The position numbers and the translations under genes were made by a program. Source: Trypanosoma brucei (Eukaryota). Taken from it: a stretch of 64,000 bases of DNA. Positions 43,930-54,505 of this stretch are shown here, piece after piece. Below the pieces are notes generated by a model. It ran no database searches. It was not told the origin of the DNA and worked only from the letters and a program-made list of their open reading frames with translations. The stretch is from positions 576,001-640,000 of the forward strand of contig CP000070.1 in assembly GCA_000002445.1 (NCBI GenBank), written 5' to 3'. Each line of letters starts with the position of its first letter. The first letter of the stretch is position 1.

Positions 43930-45732
43930 TTATTTGACCCTCACCTCATTACCCAGCGGTTGCCGTTCACCAGCTCGCAGAAAATTTTTCACCTTGTAGT
44001 TGGCAACACGAACCCTCAACTGAGGAATGTCGTTCTTGAGAATCGATATAATGCTGTCCTGTGATTTTTTACTAAGTGTTGGTAGTGAAGCAATGCTTTG
44101 CCGCCCTGCGACGGATGAAGAATTCAAAAATTCCAAAATTTCGGGTTTCACAGTATCTTTCCAACGAAGTTGAGTATCCATTGTCTTCTCGTGCCTGACA
44201 TACAAACGGTCAAATATGACGTCAATGTTCGTCAGCACATCATTTTCAAAGTCAACCAATGACTTGCGCGTCTTCAAAGCGGCAAACACGGCGGCGATCG
44301 CGGTAGCGGAGGCAAGTAAGGCTGCAACTTCCGTGAAACCGCCAACCGCAAGCAGAAGTCCGGAGACGCAAAAAATCGCAGGTGGTGCCAAAGTGGCGAC
44401 AACCTTCATCTTCCGGTATGTTGATACAATTTCAGTGCAAACACGACCGGCAAGAAGTACTCGTTTCACCCCTTCCTCCAACTCCGTGATAAGATTGTCG
44501 TAGCGACGCAGTGGTGCTTGAAGAATTTCACTGACCACTTCACTTCTCTGTCGAAGAAGCTCATCTCGGGCAATAATCGACGTTGACTCCTTTTGTGGTG
44601 ATCCCGATGCTGTTTTCCTCCCTCCAACAGCCGTTTCCTCGGTTGAGGAACTCTTATTGAAGGCAGCAAAACCTGCTGCGTCCCGCGTGTCGTCAAATTC
44701 ATCACCACGGGGAAGAAAATAGGTAGTGTATATGTGTGGAATGTCCTTCATTTGTAAAACTTTGCTTAGGTTCCAGCAAAGGACGCCATACACACGAGCA
44801 AAATCCGCTGCCTTGTCATACATATCTGATTTGTTTAAAACGATAAGCAGCTTATGCTCCACCCCAGCTAGGGATTTGGTGAGAACATCTAATGTTTCAC
44901 CTGTAGTACCGGGGTTAGCGGGGTCAAACATCAAAATAATCAAGTCACAACGTGAAGCAAACCAACGTGTCACGGCGAACAGATCATACCCCCTGAGCTG
45001 ACCCTCAACTGATGTCCGATCATTCAAATGAATAGGAGTGTCAATCATGCCCGGCGTGTCGACAATCATGAGACCGGGTGGTAATAGAGACGTTGCCGGC
45101 AATTTGCGTGTCTTTACCTTGAACTTGTTGACAAAGTGGATGCCAAATTTGCGCAACTCTTGAAAACTATATCGTGGATCACTTACAGCAGTCGGTCCAT
45201 CCTCGGTTATATCGTCTTCACCACTCTGAATAACCGTAAAGCCGTCATCCGTTGGAGATACGCCCGATCGCTGCAGTTCGATACCTAATAAACGATTAAT
45301 CATCGTAGACTTTCCCGCGCTGTGGTTCCCAAGGACAATCACCATCGGTTGGCGGTTGCTGTCATGGGAAAGGAACCGTAATTCATCGCTGTATCGCTGC
45401 TGAACACGCCTCTTTAGCGAATTCAAATCCTCCTCAACACCTTCTAATGCATGCTGCCCACTTTTGTTCGAGCCGCTTTCCATGCGATATATCCCGTTAT
45501 ATCCGTCACTGGCACTTTCATCCCCACTAGATTTCAATCCAAACTTGTTTAACATCATTACGGTTGTAGTAGTCGCAAAACACATGCGGTTAGTCGAGCA
45601 GTTGGCACCCAACTGACTTCTGCGCAACAGTCGCTTCAGTGATGATGTGGTGGGTAACGTTATGCTACGAAGTGATTTAAGGGGCGTATTGAAGTTTCCA
45701 CATGCTAAAACTGCACTTCCTAACTGCCTCAT
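43930..45732 (-). CDS. dynamin-superfamily large GTPase, mitofusin/fzo-like (N-terminal presequence-like region, G domain, C-terminal hydrophobic hairpin)
   Basis: G1 VIVLGNHSAGKSTMINRLLG, G3 LMIVDTPGM, G4 LLIVLNKSD. A predicted transmembrane stretch VVATLAPPAIFCVSGLLLAVGGFTEVAALLASATAIAAVFAAL lies near the C-terminus. ATG at 45732 (MRQLGSAVLAC...RLLRRSQLG, Arg/Ser-rich); the track start 45912 is TTG. Confidence 0.75.
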   Translation of the reverse strand: MRQLGSAVLACGNFNTPLKSLRSITLPTTSSLKRLLRRSQLGANCSTNRMCFATTTTVMMLNKFGLKSSGDESASDGYNGIYRMESGSNKSGQHALEGVEEDLNSLKRRVQQRYSDELRFLSHDSNRQPMVIVLGNHSAGKSTMINRLLGIELQRSGVSPTDDGFTVIQSGEDDITEDGPTAVSDPRYSFQELRKFGIHFVNKFKVKTRKLPATSLLPPGLMIVDTPGMIDTPIHLNDRTSVEGQLRGYDLFAVTRWFASRCDLIILMFDPANPGTTGETLDVLTKSLAGVEHKLLIVLNKSDMYDKAADFARVYGVLCWNLSKVLQMKDIPHIYTTYFLPRGDEFDDTRDAAGFAAFNKSSSTEETAVGGRKTASGSPQKESTSIIARDELLRQRSEVVSEILQAPLRRYDNLITELEEGVKRVLLAGRVCTEIVSTYRKMKVVATLAPPAIFCVSGLLLAVGGFTEVAALLASATAIAAVFAALKTRKSLVDFENDVLTNIDVIFDRLYVRHEKTMDTQLRWKDTVKPEILEFLNSSSVAGRQSIASLPTLSKKSQDSIISILKNDIPQLRVRVANYKVKNFLRAGERQPLGNEVRVK

Positions 45733-47679
45733 TATACTTTTAATGCTCTTCCCTTGTTTATATTTATATTTTACTGCCCGTAACAAATGACTTCCTTTGC
45801 TTTCCTTCGTGATAATGTCTTTTTTTTTTTCGTTGTTTATTTTTGTTTGTTTTGAGATGAAATTGCAGTAGCAACAGGAGAAATAAGGGGGAAAGTATCT
45901 TTTTTTTTTCAAATTGAAGAACTACTTAGAAAAAAGACATCAAATAAATTGCAATACAACGCACATACGTATCATCCCCCTTTTTCCACACGTACAAACA
46001 AACCTTTTTCATCGCAGCCTTTTTGTGTGAGCAATAGTGGGGAAACCTATATATATATATATATTTCCATCCTCTCTCTCTCTCTCTTCCTCTCTTCTTT
46101 TTTTTTAAAAAAAAAAGAAAATTCTGGATATTTTCTTCCTTGCTTTTCTGTTTTTTCTTGTTTACCAGCTACTCTGTCCAGTTTGTTTCGCCTCGCCTCT
46201 TTACTCTCACTTTTTGTCTTCGCCCTTTTTTTTTTTCATCACCATATGATAATCAGCACGTGAAGAAAAAAGGAAACCATACGGTAAAATAACATTTTCA
46301 CTGATCCTCAGCGAAAATAAAGTTGGTAAACATTACGGTGAGGGACGGGGAACAAATAAAAATAAAAACAAAACAAAAGCAACAAGAACAAGAACAGGAA
46401 CAGGAGTTAAAAAAAAAAAATACCTGAAAGAGTAATATGAAATATTTTACAGGCAAAAATGGCGGAAAAGGAAAAAACAAACAAACAAATCAGACCGACT
46501 AATACGCATCATATAGCGTTTTAGGACCGCAAAATTCATTTTTTTTTTTAATTGCTCAGTAATACCGGTGAGTCGAGGAGGGGTAAAACTTCACACGTGT
46601 ACTTTCCTTCCTTTAATCTCGCCATCATTTTGTATTCCTAAAATATTTCCTGTTCGGTACATATCTTTCATCTTTTTTTTTTCTTTTGCCGACATTAACT
46701 CCCCACCCCCTGCACACAAACACACAAACAAGAAGGGGGAAAAAAAAAAACACGCAATGCAACACGCGCTCATTTTCTCAAGGACATGGACATCACATGT
46801 CGCGTATAGTAGCAACAAAAAATTAAATGAACAACAACAACAACAAGAAAAAAAAAAGAAGATGAAGGGTAAAAGAAGCAACATGGGAAATTTATAATAC
46901 AAACAACCATTTTCTCAATTCATATTCATAAACGTAAGGCACGATATAAACATTAGAAGGAGTTGAATTCCACTCCGTAATGTTAATAATATAATTACAA
47001 TCATATGCACTCCTCATTTCCCTCTTCCCATTCCTAAATAATAAAAGTAAAACCCCCTTTTTAAAAAAAAAAAATCAGAAGAAAAAAAAAAGATGAAAAC
47101 TAAAAACTAAAAAACTGAAAACTGAAAAATTAAAAGAAAAAACAACAAAGGTAGATGTAACATCATTGAGTATATATCACGCTAAACACCTCTTACTTCA
47201 TTCTCTTTCCCATCAAAGCAACACCTCCAGCAGCATTTAAGGGATAAAAATAAACAAGAAACCGCCAATTAATAATTAAAAACAAAAAAAACTGTTTACT
47301 ATAGCAGGAAACAAAAAGAAAGACAATCAAGGAAAATATTCGAAATCAGAAGCAACAGCAATTGGGAAGGATAAAACAAACAATCAAAAGAGGACCGAAC
47401 GGAAGGGGGTAAATAAAAACAAAAAAAAAACTAAAAGAGAAAAAAAAATTTTAATTTAAAAAAAAAGGGAAAGACGCAACTTCTCATATATAATGCGAGG
47501 AATGGACGCCATTCACCATTTTCATCTTCTTAACATTTTCCCTCTTCAAAACTGTCTCTCCCTCCCTCCCGTTGAATTCCTTTACTTATTTTTTAAAAAT
47601 TATTTTAGCTCTTTTCCTCTTTCGGTATTTCTCCCCCCCCCCTTTGCATTCATTTGTACGTATATGTTGGTGATATTTG

Positions 47680-47683
<4 letters not shown>

Positions 47684-47710
<27 letters not shown>
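47684..47710. repeat. (TA)13 microsatellite
   Basis: Direct read of the sequence. Lies within the 4.5-kb coding desert. Confidence 0.95.
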
Positions 47711-47715
<5 letters not shown>

Positions 47716-49098
47716 TTTCATATTATATATCTTATTAACAATATAAAAGTAACAAACCATAATCAATATTATTATTATTATTATTATCGGAGTGTGACGC
47801 TGCATCTCCTCCCTCCCCCTAACAAAGCTATAAAAATAAAAAAAAGCATGCAATTTCGCATTCCTCGTTTCTGCAGTCAACTCATCAAAAGACAAAGACA
47901 AAAAAAAAAAAAAGAGAGACGAATCATAACGACACGATGAAATGAAGAAAAGAGGAAAAAAAAATAACATTATAATACACAATCATAACATTTCCTTTTT
48001 TTCCCCCTTCACTTCTTATATATATATATATATATTATTTAGATATTTATATTTTAATATTTTTATATGTGTGTTTATATTTATGTATATTTTTCTTTCT
48101 CTATTGCAATAACATCAAAAACAACATAACCTTGTCCGTGAAATAAAAATAAAACAAAACATTTAACTACTGTACAAAAATCTTTTTTTTGCATAATGGA
48201 TACTAAATTTACATATTTTACATACAACTTTTGTGACATTAACATACAAACACATGACACTCATGACACATATACAACGATTAATAAACATATGACGGGA
48301 ATGCGGATAGGTTTTTTTTTCTTTTTTATTTAATTTCTTAAATTATTTTTTTATTTATTAAATAGGCACAAAAAGGGGGAGGGGAAAAAAAAAATAACAA
48401 CAACATCAACATCAACATCAACCGAAAACCAGAAAACACAATTGCTTTTTTTTTTAAAAAAGTCGAATGAAAAACCAAAGGCGAAACCACCGGCAGACAT
48501 GTATACATGTGTAAAAACACACGAACACAAATTAATCACACGAAAAAAAAAAGAAACAAAAGGGGGTTGAGGGAATAACAATTAATTTTTAAAAAAGAAA
48601 AAAAAGATGACGGTAGTAGTGATAAATAAATTTAAATGATGATTTGTGTTCGCCTTAACACCATTAATATAAATATATAAATATATATTTTTTCTTTTGC
48701 TTTATGAACTTTTTGTTAGTTTCTTCTTTTTTTTTTCTCCCCCCCCCCTTTAATTTAATGGAAAAGGGATGGCGGTAGCGGCAACTGCACAGTGGTAGTG
48801 ATGGTATTCTTTTTTTTTTTAATTATTTATTATTTTTTTTCGTTTGGTTTTGTTTTGCTGAAAGTGGTTTTGACAAGAGATTACTGAAATCAAACACAAA
48901 CACACGAACATATAAAAAAAAGGAAAAAAGGGGGAAAAACATGAGGAGCGTTCAAAAGGTATAAAACAACAACAACAACGACATAATCATCAATCTAACA
49001 AGGTGAAAAGGTGAAAAAGTAAAAAATAACAACAGTAAAAAAAACACATATTTATATATATATATTTTTTGGAACATGTAAATATGTTGGTAAAGTAA

Positions 49099-49124
49099 AT
49101 ATATATATATATATATATATATAT
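49099..49124. repeat. (TA)13 microsatellite
   Basis: Direct read. Lies within the coding desert. Confidence 0.95.
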
Positions 49125-50090
49125 TGCGGAAGAAAGGAAGTAAAAGTAAAAAGGAGGGAGCTCCAACTGGGCGAGGAAAGGTGATAACAAATCAAAAAAA
49201 AAAAGTAAAAGTAAAAAAACACTCCTCTCTCCAAATACAAAAAAAAAGATGTACAACGAGAGACATAAAGTAAAAAAAAAAAGATGAAAAGGAACATTAT
49301 TTCAATGTTAATTACACTCATTGGATTCCTCGCCCTCAATATAAAATCCCTTTACTCCCCTCGTTTTCTTTTTCTTTTTGCTTTTTACACTTTTTGTTTC
49401 TTCCATTACGATGCAGTCGAGTGACTCGCGCACTCGCCCACGCATGCATGCACGTAAACATAAATATATAAGTACATATATGTATATAAATATATACATA
49501 TATACACGCAAAAATACAAATGCGTAAATATGTGTGACGTTATACTCAACGTGAAGGTGAAACACAAAAAATTAAAAAAGAAAAAAAACGAAAATCTGCT
49601 CAAGCCTTTTTTTTTCCCCCTCCTTCCAAACGAAGTCCTTTGCACCCCCAACAATAACAACAATAAGAAAAAAAAAAGAAACGGAAGGGGCTGCCACATA
49701 TATCTTCTCTTGCTTTGCACCCATAAGTACATACGCACATAAACTTAGCAGAAATGAATCGCCGTGCTGAAGAGAAATGTCTCTCGTTTACGTAACAAAA
49801 ATAGAAGAAAAAAAAGAAGGAATCTGCAAAACTATCACACGCCATTGCGCTAAGAGTTAAAACGACCAAAAGAAACGAAACACTTTTTATGGACGCAACA
49901 CCCTCAACACGCTAAAAAAACTGACATATGTACGACCATCTCATTGTGTTAATTACTCACTTTTGTGTCTTATTTTCCCCTTTTCTTTCATCCTCCCAAG
50001 AATATTCTTCACAGCCATTATTATTTCTATTAATATTATTATTACCATTTCCTCTTTCAGTCCTCACAGAAGCATAAACACACATAAACA

Positions 50091-50114
50091 TATATATATA
50101 TATATATATATATA
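50091..50114. repeat. (TA)12 microsatellite ~125 nt 3' of GSK3-like stop
   Basis: Direct read. Confidence 0.95.
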
Positions 50115-50237
50115 GGGGAACAAACACAGCATGTGCACATTACCCACCCCATTCCATCCCCACACCAAAACGCAAACATGCCACAAAAAGGGAAAATAAA
50201 ACAAAAAAAACAAAAAAAAACAAATCCGCCCAGCAGA

Positions 50238-51743
50238 TTATATCGCATTCTCCGGCGCCGTCGCACTTTGATTTAACTCACGTCCTTTTGCAACTCCCTC
50301 CGCCGCCGCCATGCGCTCCAGCAGCCACGGTGGTAAAATCTCCGCCTCTTCTCGCGTCACTTGAAACATACTTGCGGGAAGCGGCGCCCCGTTAGGCAGG
50401 CGGGCATCATCCGAAAAGAGTTCATCAAAAAACACGTGTTCTAAAACCTCAGCGGAGGTAAGTCGTTCCTCTGGCGTATAGCGCAGAAGTTGCTCAATAA
50501 GTGACAGGGCGGCCTGCGAAGTATTGGGTGGTAGTACTTCCACCCACAGTAAAGATTTTACACGGGGTGCCGAACGTCGCTGCATATAATCTGCGTTTGC
50601 TGAGTTGGAAGAGGGCAGGGGGCCTGATGGAGTTGGTGACAACTGTGAGGCGTTGTGCGAATCTCCCCATGTCCGTATTAATGCACTTCCAGCACTCTGT
50701 GGATTGAGCGCGAAGAGTTCCCGCTCAGATGGTTTTCCAAGTACTTTAATTATCTCCACTAATTGGTCCATTGTACTGCTACTGCCCTTAAACAACACCT
50801 TCCCGCACAGAAGCTCCGCTAGGACACACCCAAAGGCCCACATGTCTACATGAAAATGGTAATATTGCGAACCAAGTAGAAGTTCAGGAGCGCGGTAATA
50901 CCGGGAAAAAATATAGGGAACGTTCTTTTCTCGTGGTCCCTCTCCTCCAACAGCCTGCATCTTCTTGGCACTACCAAAGTCACATAGCTTCACGACGCCA
51001 GTTTCCTGATCAACGAGTATATTGTTGGGTTTAACATCACGATGGCATATTCCACGTGCATGGAGAAATGCCAGAGCCCTGGCAAGCTGGAACATTATTA
51101 CCTTCACGAGTATAATTGGCATTTGTTGTTCCCGTTGCCTCAAAAACATATGATGTAATCGGCGCACATCCAAAGGGATGTAGTCCATCACCATAAACAA
51201 GTACTGAACCCCACTGGGATCAGAAGCGAAGAAATGATCCAGAAGCTTCACAACGCACGGGTGGTACGGCACGATCGTTGGCATATTCCAACTTTCTAAG
51301 CCATCAATTGCAGTGGTACCATTTGCCTCCTCCCCATTGCTTCCAGTTACTGATGTGGCGTGAGCACCCACCCCATTTCCAACATCTAATGAAGACACGC
51401 CTCCCTGTTGCGTATTTGGGCCGAGGTGGTCACGCATTAATGTCAACTCCCTCTGTCGCAGCCTTCCGTCATGAATAACCCTTTTAATGGCGACTAAATC
51501 TCTCGTTCCCACAACCTCAGCAGATGAAACTTCGCCAAACGCTCCTCTGCCAATCACTTCTTGAATTGCATACCTCACTTGCTCGCATTTCACTGCAGTT
51601 CTTTCTTGAGCCTCTTGATTGCCTTGCGGTCGTGCGCTAAATCTCCGTGGTAATAGCGGGACCCTTTCACCCACAGAAGCGGTAACTTCCTTTTGCCCAT
51701 TAGTTACTCCACGCAACGTCGACGGCAAAATCCGCTCACTCAT
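50238..51743 (-). CDS. GSK3: CMGC protein kinase, GSK3 family (long form with N-terminal extension and two insertions)
   Basis: GRGAFGEV (G-loop), VAIKRV (VAIK), HRDVKPNNILVD, the GSK3-typical VKLCDFGSAK and activation-loop Y in VPYIFSRYYRAPELLLG, DMWAFGCVLAELL. A ~45-aa Gly/Ser-rich insert lies in the alphaC-beta4 loop. ATG at 51743 (MSERILPS...); the track start is TTG. Confidence 0.85.
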   Translation of the reverse strand: MSERILPSTLRGVTNGQKEVTASVGERVPLLPRRFSARPQGNQEAQERTAVKCEQVRYAIQEVIGRGAFGEVSSAEVVGTRDLVAIKRVIHDGRLRQRELTLMRDHLGPNTQQGGVSSLDVGNGVGAHATSVTGSNGEEANGTTAIDGLESWNMPTIVPYHPCVVKLLDHFFASDPSGVQYLFMVMDYIPLDVRRLHHMFLRQREQQMPIILVKVIMFQLARALAFLHARGICHRDVKPNNILVDQETGVVKLCDFGSAKKMQAVGGEGPREKNVPYIFSRYYRAPELLLGSQYYHFHVDMWAFGCVLAELLCGKVLFKGSSSTMDQLVEIIKVLGKPSERELFALNPQSAGSALIRTWGDSHNASQLSPTPSGPLPSSNSANADYMQRRSAPRVKSLLWVEVLPPNTSQAALSLIEQLLRYTPEERLTSAEVLEHVFFDELFSDDARLPNGAPLPASMFQVTREEAEILPPWLLERMAAAEGVAKGRELNQSATAPENAI

Positions 51744-52250
51744 CTCCAAAGTAAAAAAAAAAAGAAAACAACGTGACAAATGTTGTTCCTCTCCTCTTTC
51801 CTTATTTTAATGTTTTTTTTTCCTCCTCCTTTGTTCTCTTCCTAATGTGAAAACGCTGTCTTCGTCGCAGCGAGCTGTTGTTGTTTTCTCTCTCTCTCTC
51901 CTATTGTTTCCTCCTTTTTTTTTTTTGCTGTCAAAAATGTCAACCTTCTTTACGTGTACACAACGCGCTTGAAAGGAGTGACACCTTGACTTTATGCAAA
52001 TGGTAGAAAATGAGTTCCTCCTTTACCTCCCTTTATTTCCCCTTCTTTTTTTTTCTCTTTTCGCTATTTTTTTTTTTTTTGCTCCCGTTGCTTCCTACTT
52101 AGGCCTCTTATTTGCCTCAGTTCCCCTTTGTTTTTTTTTTGCGTGATCCTCTCTATACCTCGAAAACAAATATATATATATATATATAAACCCTTCAGAG
52201 GAGAGGAATCCCTTTTGTTACTACTTCCCTTTTGGTATTTAATCGTTATT

Positions 52251-52278
52251 GATATATATATATATATATATATATATG
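52251..52278. repeat. (TA)14 microsatellite
   Basis: Direct read. Spacer between the GSK3-like and P5CR genes. A second (TA)9 lies at 52171-52188. Confidence 0.95.
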
Positions 52279-52765
52279 TTGGTGGTGTTTTTTTTGTCGA
52301 TGGAACGGGATAAATGACAGTCAACACCAATAAGAAACAGTTACGGAGAGGCGACAAATCACACAAACAAGAAAACCAAAAAAGAAAAAGAAAAAAAGAA
52401 GAAGCAAGCGAGGCAACGAAGGAAAAAAGGAGGAAGAAGGAAAAAAAAGAGGATGACTTTAATAAAAGTGACATATAAAAGGCGTTTCGGTACATTTCAA
52501 TAGGGGAACATCTCGGGGAAAAGATGCTCCTACACACAAACTCCCAGAGAATTTGTGAGAGATTAGAAAGCATAAAGAAGAAGCAACAACGAGAATTATT
52601 GGCACATCTTTTTTTTTCCTTTTGCGCAGCCCACGCTGTTTCGAGCCACACAGTCATTCACAGACGCAAGCGCATGTACGAATGTTCGACCCGCCAAAAC
52701 AAACAAACAAATAAATAATAATTATAATAGTAATAACACAAAAATAACAGACAACATGTAACCAT

Positions 52766-53578
52766 TTAATTCAATCCCTTCTCAAGTTCCTTTGACTTAT
52801 CGGTACACGCAATCATTGCTTCAATGACAGCAGACCTCATTCCACCCTTCTCAAGTATCCGTACAGCCTCAATAGTTACTCCTCCAGGTGAGCAAACCAT
52901 ATCTTTCAATTGTGCAGGAGACATGTCACACTTTTGAAGCATTATCGCAGATCCTAATACCGCTTGAGCCGCTAATTCATACGCTTGTGCGCGAGGCAAA
53001 CCACCATGAACTGCCGCATCGGCCATTGCTTCCATAAACATGAACACATACGCCGGTGACGCACCTGCGACGCTGCTCACGGCAGGAATTTGTGACTCTA
53101 AAACCTCTACAACAATACCAATGGTGCGGAAGAGCTGAAATATTGTTTCCTTTTCAGAAGCCGTCACGTGTGCGTTGGAAGTGATGGATGTCACACCGGC
53201 ACCGACACGTGTGGGAAGGTTTGGCATAGTGCGCACAATTTTGCGTGCCTCCGACCCGAGTGCCTTTTCCATCGAGGCGATAGAAATTGCAGCAGCGACC
53301 GATACAATAATTTTATTTGCCGTTACACTCGACTGAATACTTGCAAGTAATTCACAGACAACTTTTGGTTTGACGCCGATGACTATCACATCGGCGTACG
53401 CGGCAGCATCAGTAGCGCTTTGGGCTCCTCCCACACCATAACGCTCGCAAAGCCGATCCACAGTAGCTTTTGTACGGTTAAAAACGCGGATAGACTCGGG
53501 TGGGTACTGTTTGCTTTGAATAAGTCCACCTAAGATGCATTCGCCCATGTTGCCACATCCAATAAATGATATCTTCAT
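52766..53578 (-). CDS. P5CR: pyrroline-5-carboxylate reductase
   Basis: Rossmann N-terminus MKISFIGCGNMGECILGGL, plus the P5CR C-terminal dimerisation/catalytic region (PAYVFMFMEAMADAAVHGGLPRAQAYELAAQAVLGSAIM...SPGGVTIEAVRILEKGG). ATG at 53578. The upstream part of the track ORF (to 54100) is low-complexity non-coding read-through. Confidence 0.9.
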   Translation of the reverse strand: MKISFIGCGNMGECILGGLIQSKQYPPESIRVFNRTKATVDRLCERYGVGGAQSATDAAAYADVIVIGVKPKVVCELLASIQSSVTANKIIVSVAAAISIASMEKALGSEARKIVRTMPNLPTRVGAGVTSITSNAHVTASEKETIFQLFRTIGIVVEVLESQIPAVSSVAGASPAYVFMFMEAMADAAVHGGLPRAQAYELAAQAVLGSAIMLQKCDMSPAQLKDMVCSPGGVTIEAVRILEKGGMRSAVIEAMIACTDKSKELEKGLN

Positions 53579-54505
53579 TATTGTAACGGATTTCGTATGA
53601 CAATTATCCTTTTCCTTTTTTTGTGTGTGTGCGTGTGTGTAATTACCTCCTTGACCCTTGATATAAGTTTGAACGAACAACAACACAAAGTCGAGCGCCA
53701 AATAAAACACCTCACTCACACATATAGAACCATCCCAGACACATTTGCACAAAAACAAGAAGCAATATAGATACGATCTTATATATATATATATATATTT
53801 TAATTTATATATTTTCACACAAATGTGTGCTTCCCCAAGGGGAGGGAGCATTTGGTTTAAATAAAATAGAACAAAAGAGGAAGCACAAAATGTAAAGAAC
53901 ATATTGCACATCAGGAGGCAAAATAAACAATTAAGGTGAACTCCCCCCTCCCCTTTCCGTTTGTCTTCTATGTTCCTTTCTTTTTTTTTCCCCCTTTCTC
54001 CACACCTCCTCCATACACACACTTCCCCCATCCCTACAAAATGCATCAGGGCAAGGTTCAATTTGCATACACCCACGCACCTGTCTGTACACATGCCCAT
54101 ACCTCCCCAACCTATTCATTTTATTTCTCACGAATTGCGCATACATAAGAGGGGTTGTGTGAAAATACAAATGCATATCAGCAACAAGATATTGTCCATA
54201 TATTTATTCCACACTTGGTTTGTAACCGCATGTCTTTTCTCTCCCACTTAAAAAGTACGTTCTTTCCGCCAAGGTGTTAGAAAGCACAAAAGTGTTAAAT
54301 CGTGATCACAAGGTGCCACAGAAGCTAACAGCAAGTGCAGTAAATATTTTCAATGAACACAAGCGCTAAATTGCCAGGACACAAGCTGCACCGGAGGGGG
54401 GGGGGCATTCAAACAAAGAAATAGAACAGAGACGCGAATGCAATCAAGAGGTGACTCCTCTTCTTCCTTAAAGTCAAGTCATAAAACCGTTGCGAGCTCC
54501 AAACT

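Larger units (their letters stand above)
45733..50237 (-). other. 4.5-kb low-complexity coding desert (probable long 3' UTR of GSK3-like gene + 5' UTR of GTPase gene)
   Basis: No ORF with protein-like composition on either strand. AT-rich, with poly(A)/poly(T), (TA)n, (ATT)n, (CAA)n and (AAC)n tracts. Confidence 0.6.

Noticed and set aside
45949-49869. Numerous 60-110-aa ORFs on both strands inside the coding desert
   Set aside because: All are translations of homopolymer or microsatellite sequence (poly-F/L/K/N, YIYIYI). None has protein-like composition.
52766-54100. Track ORF of 444 aa extending P5CR upstream to 54100
   Set aside because: The upstream 174 codons translate low-complexity spacer sequence (YIYIYI, Cys/Phe/Leu-rich) and contain no in-frame conserved sequence. 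The conserved Rossmann start MKISFIGCGNMG with ATG at 53578 is the real start.
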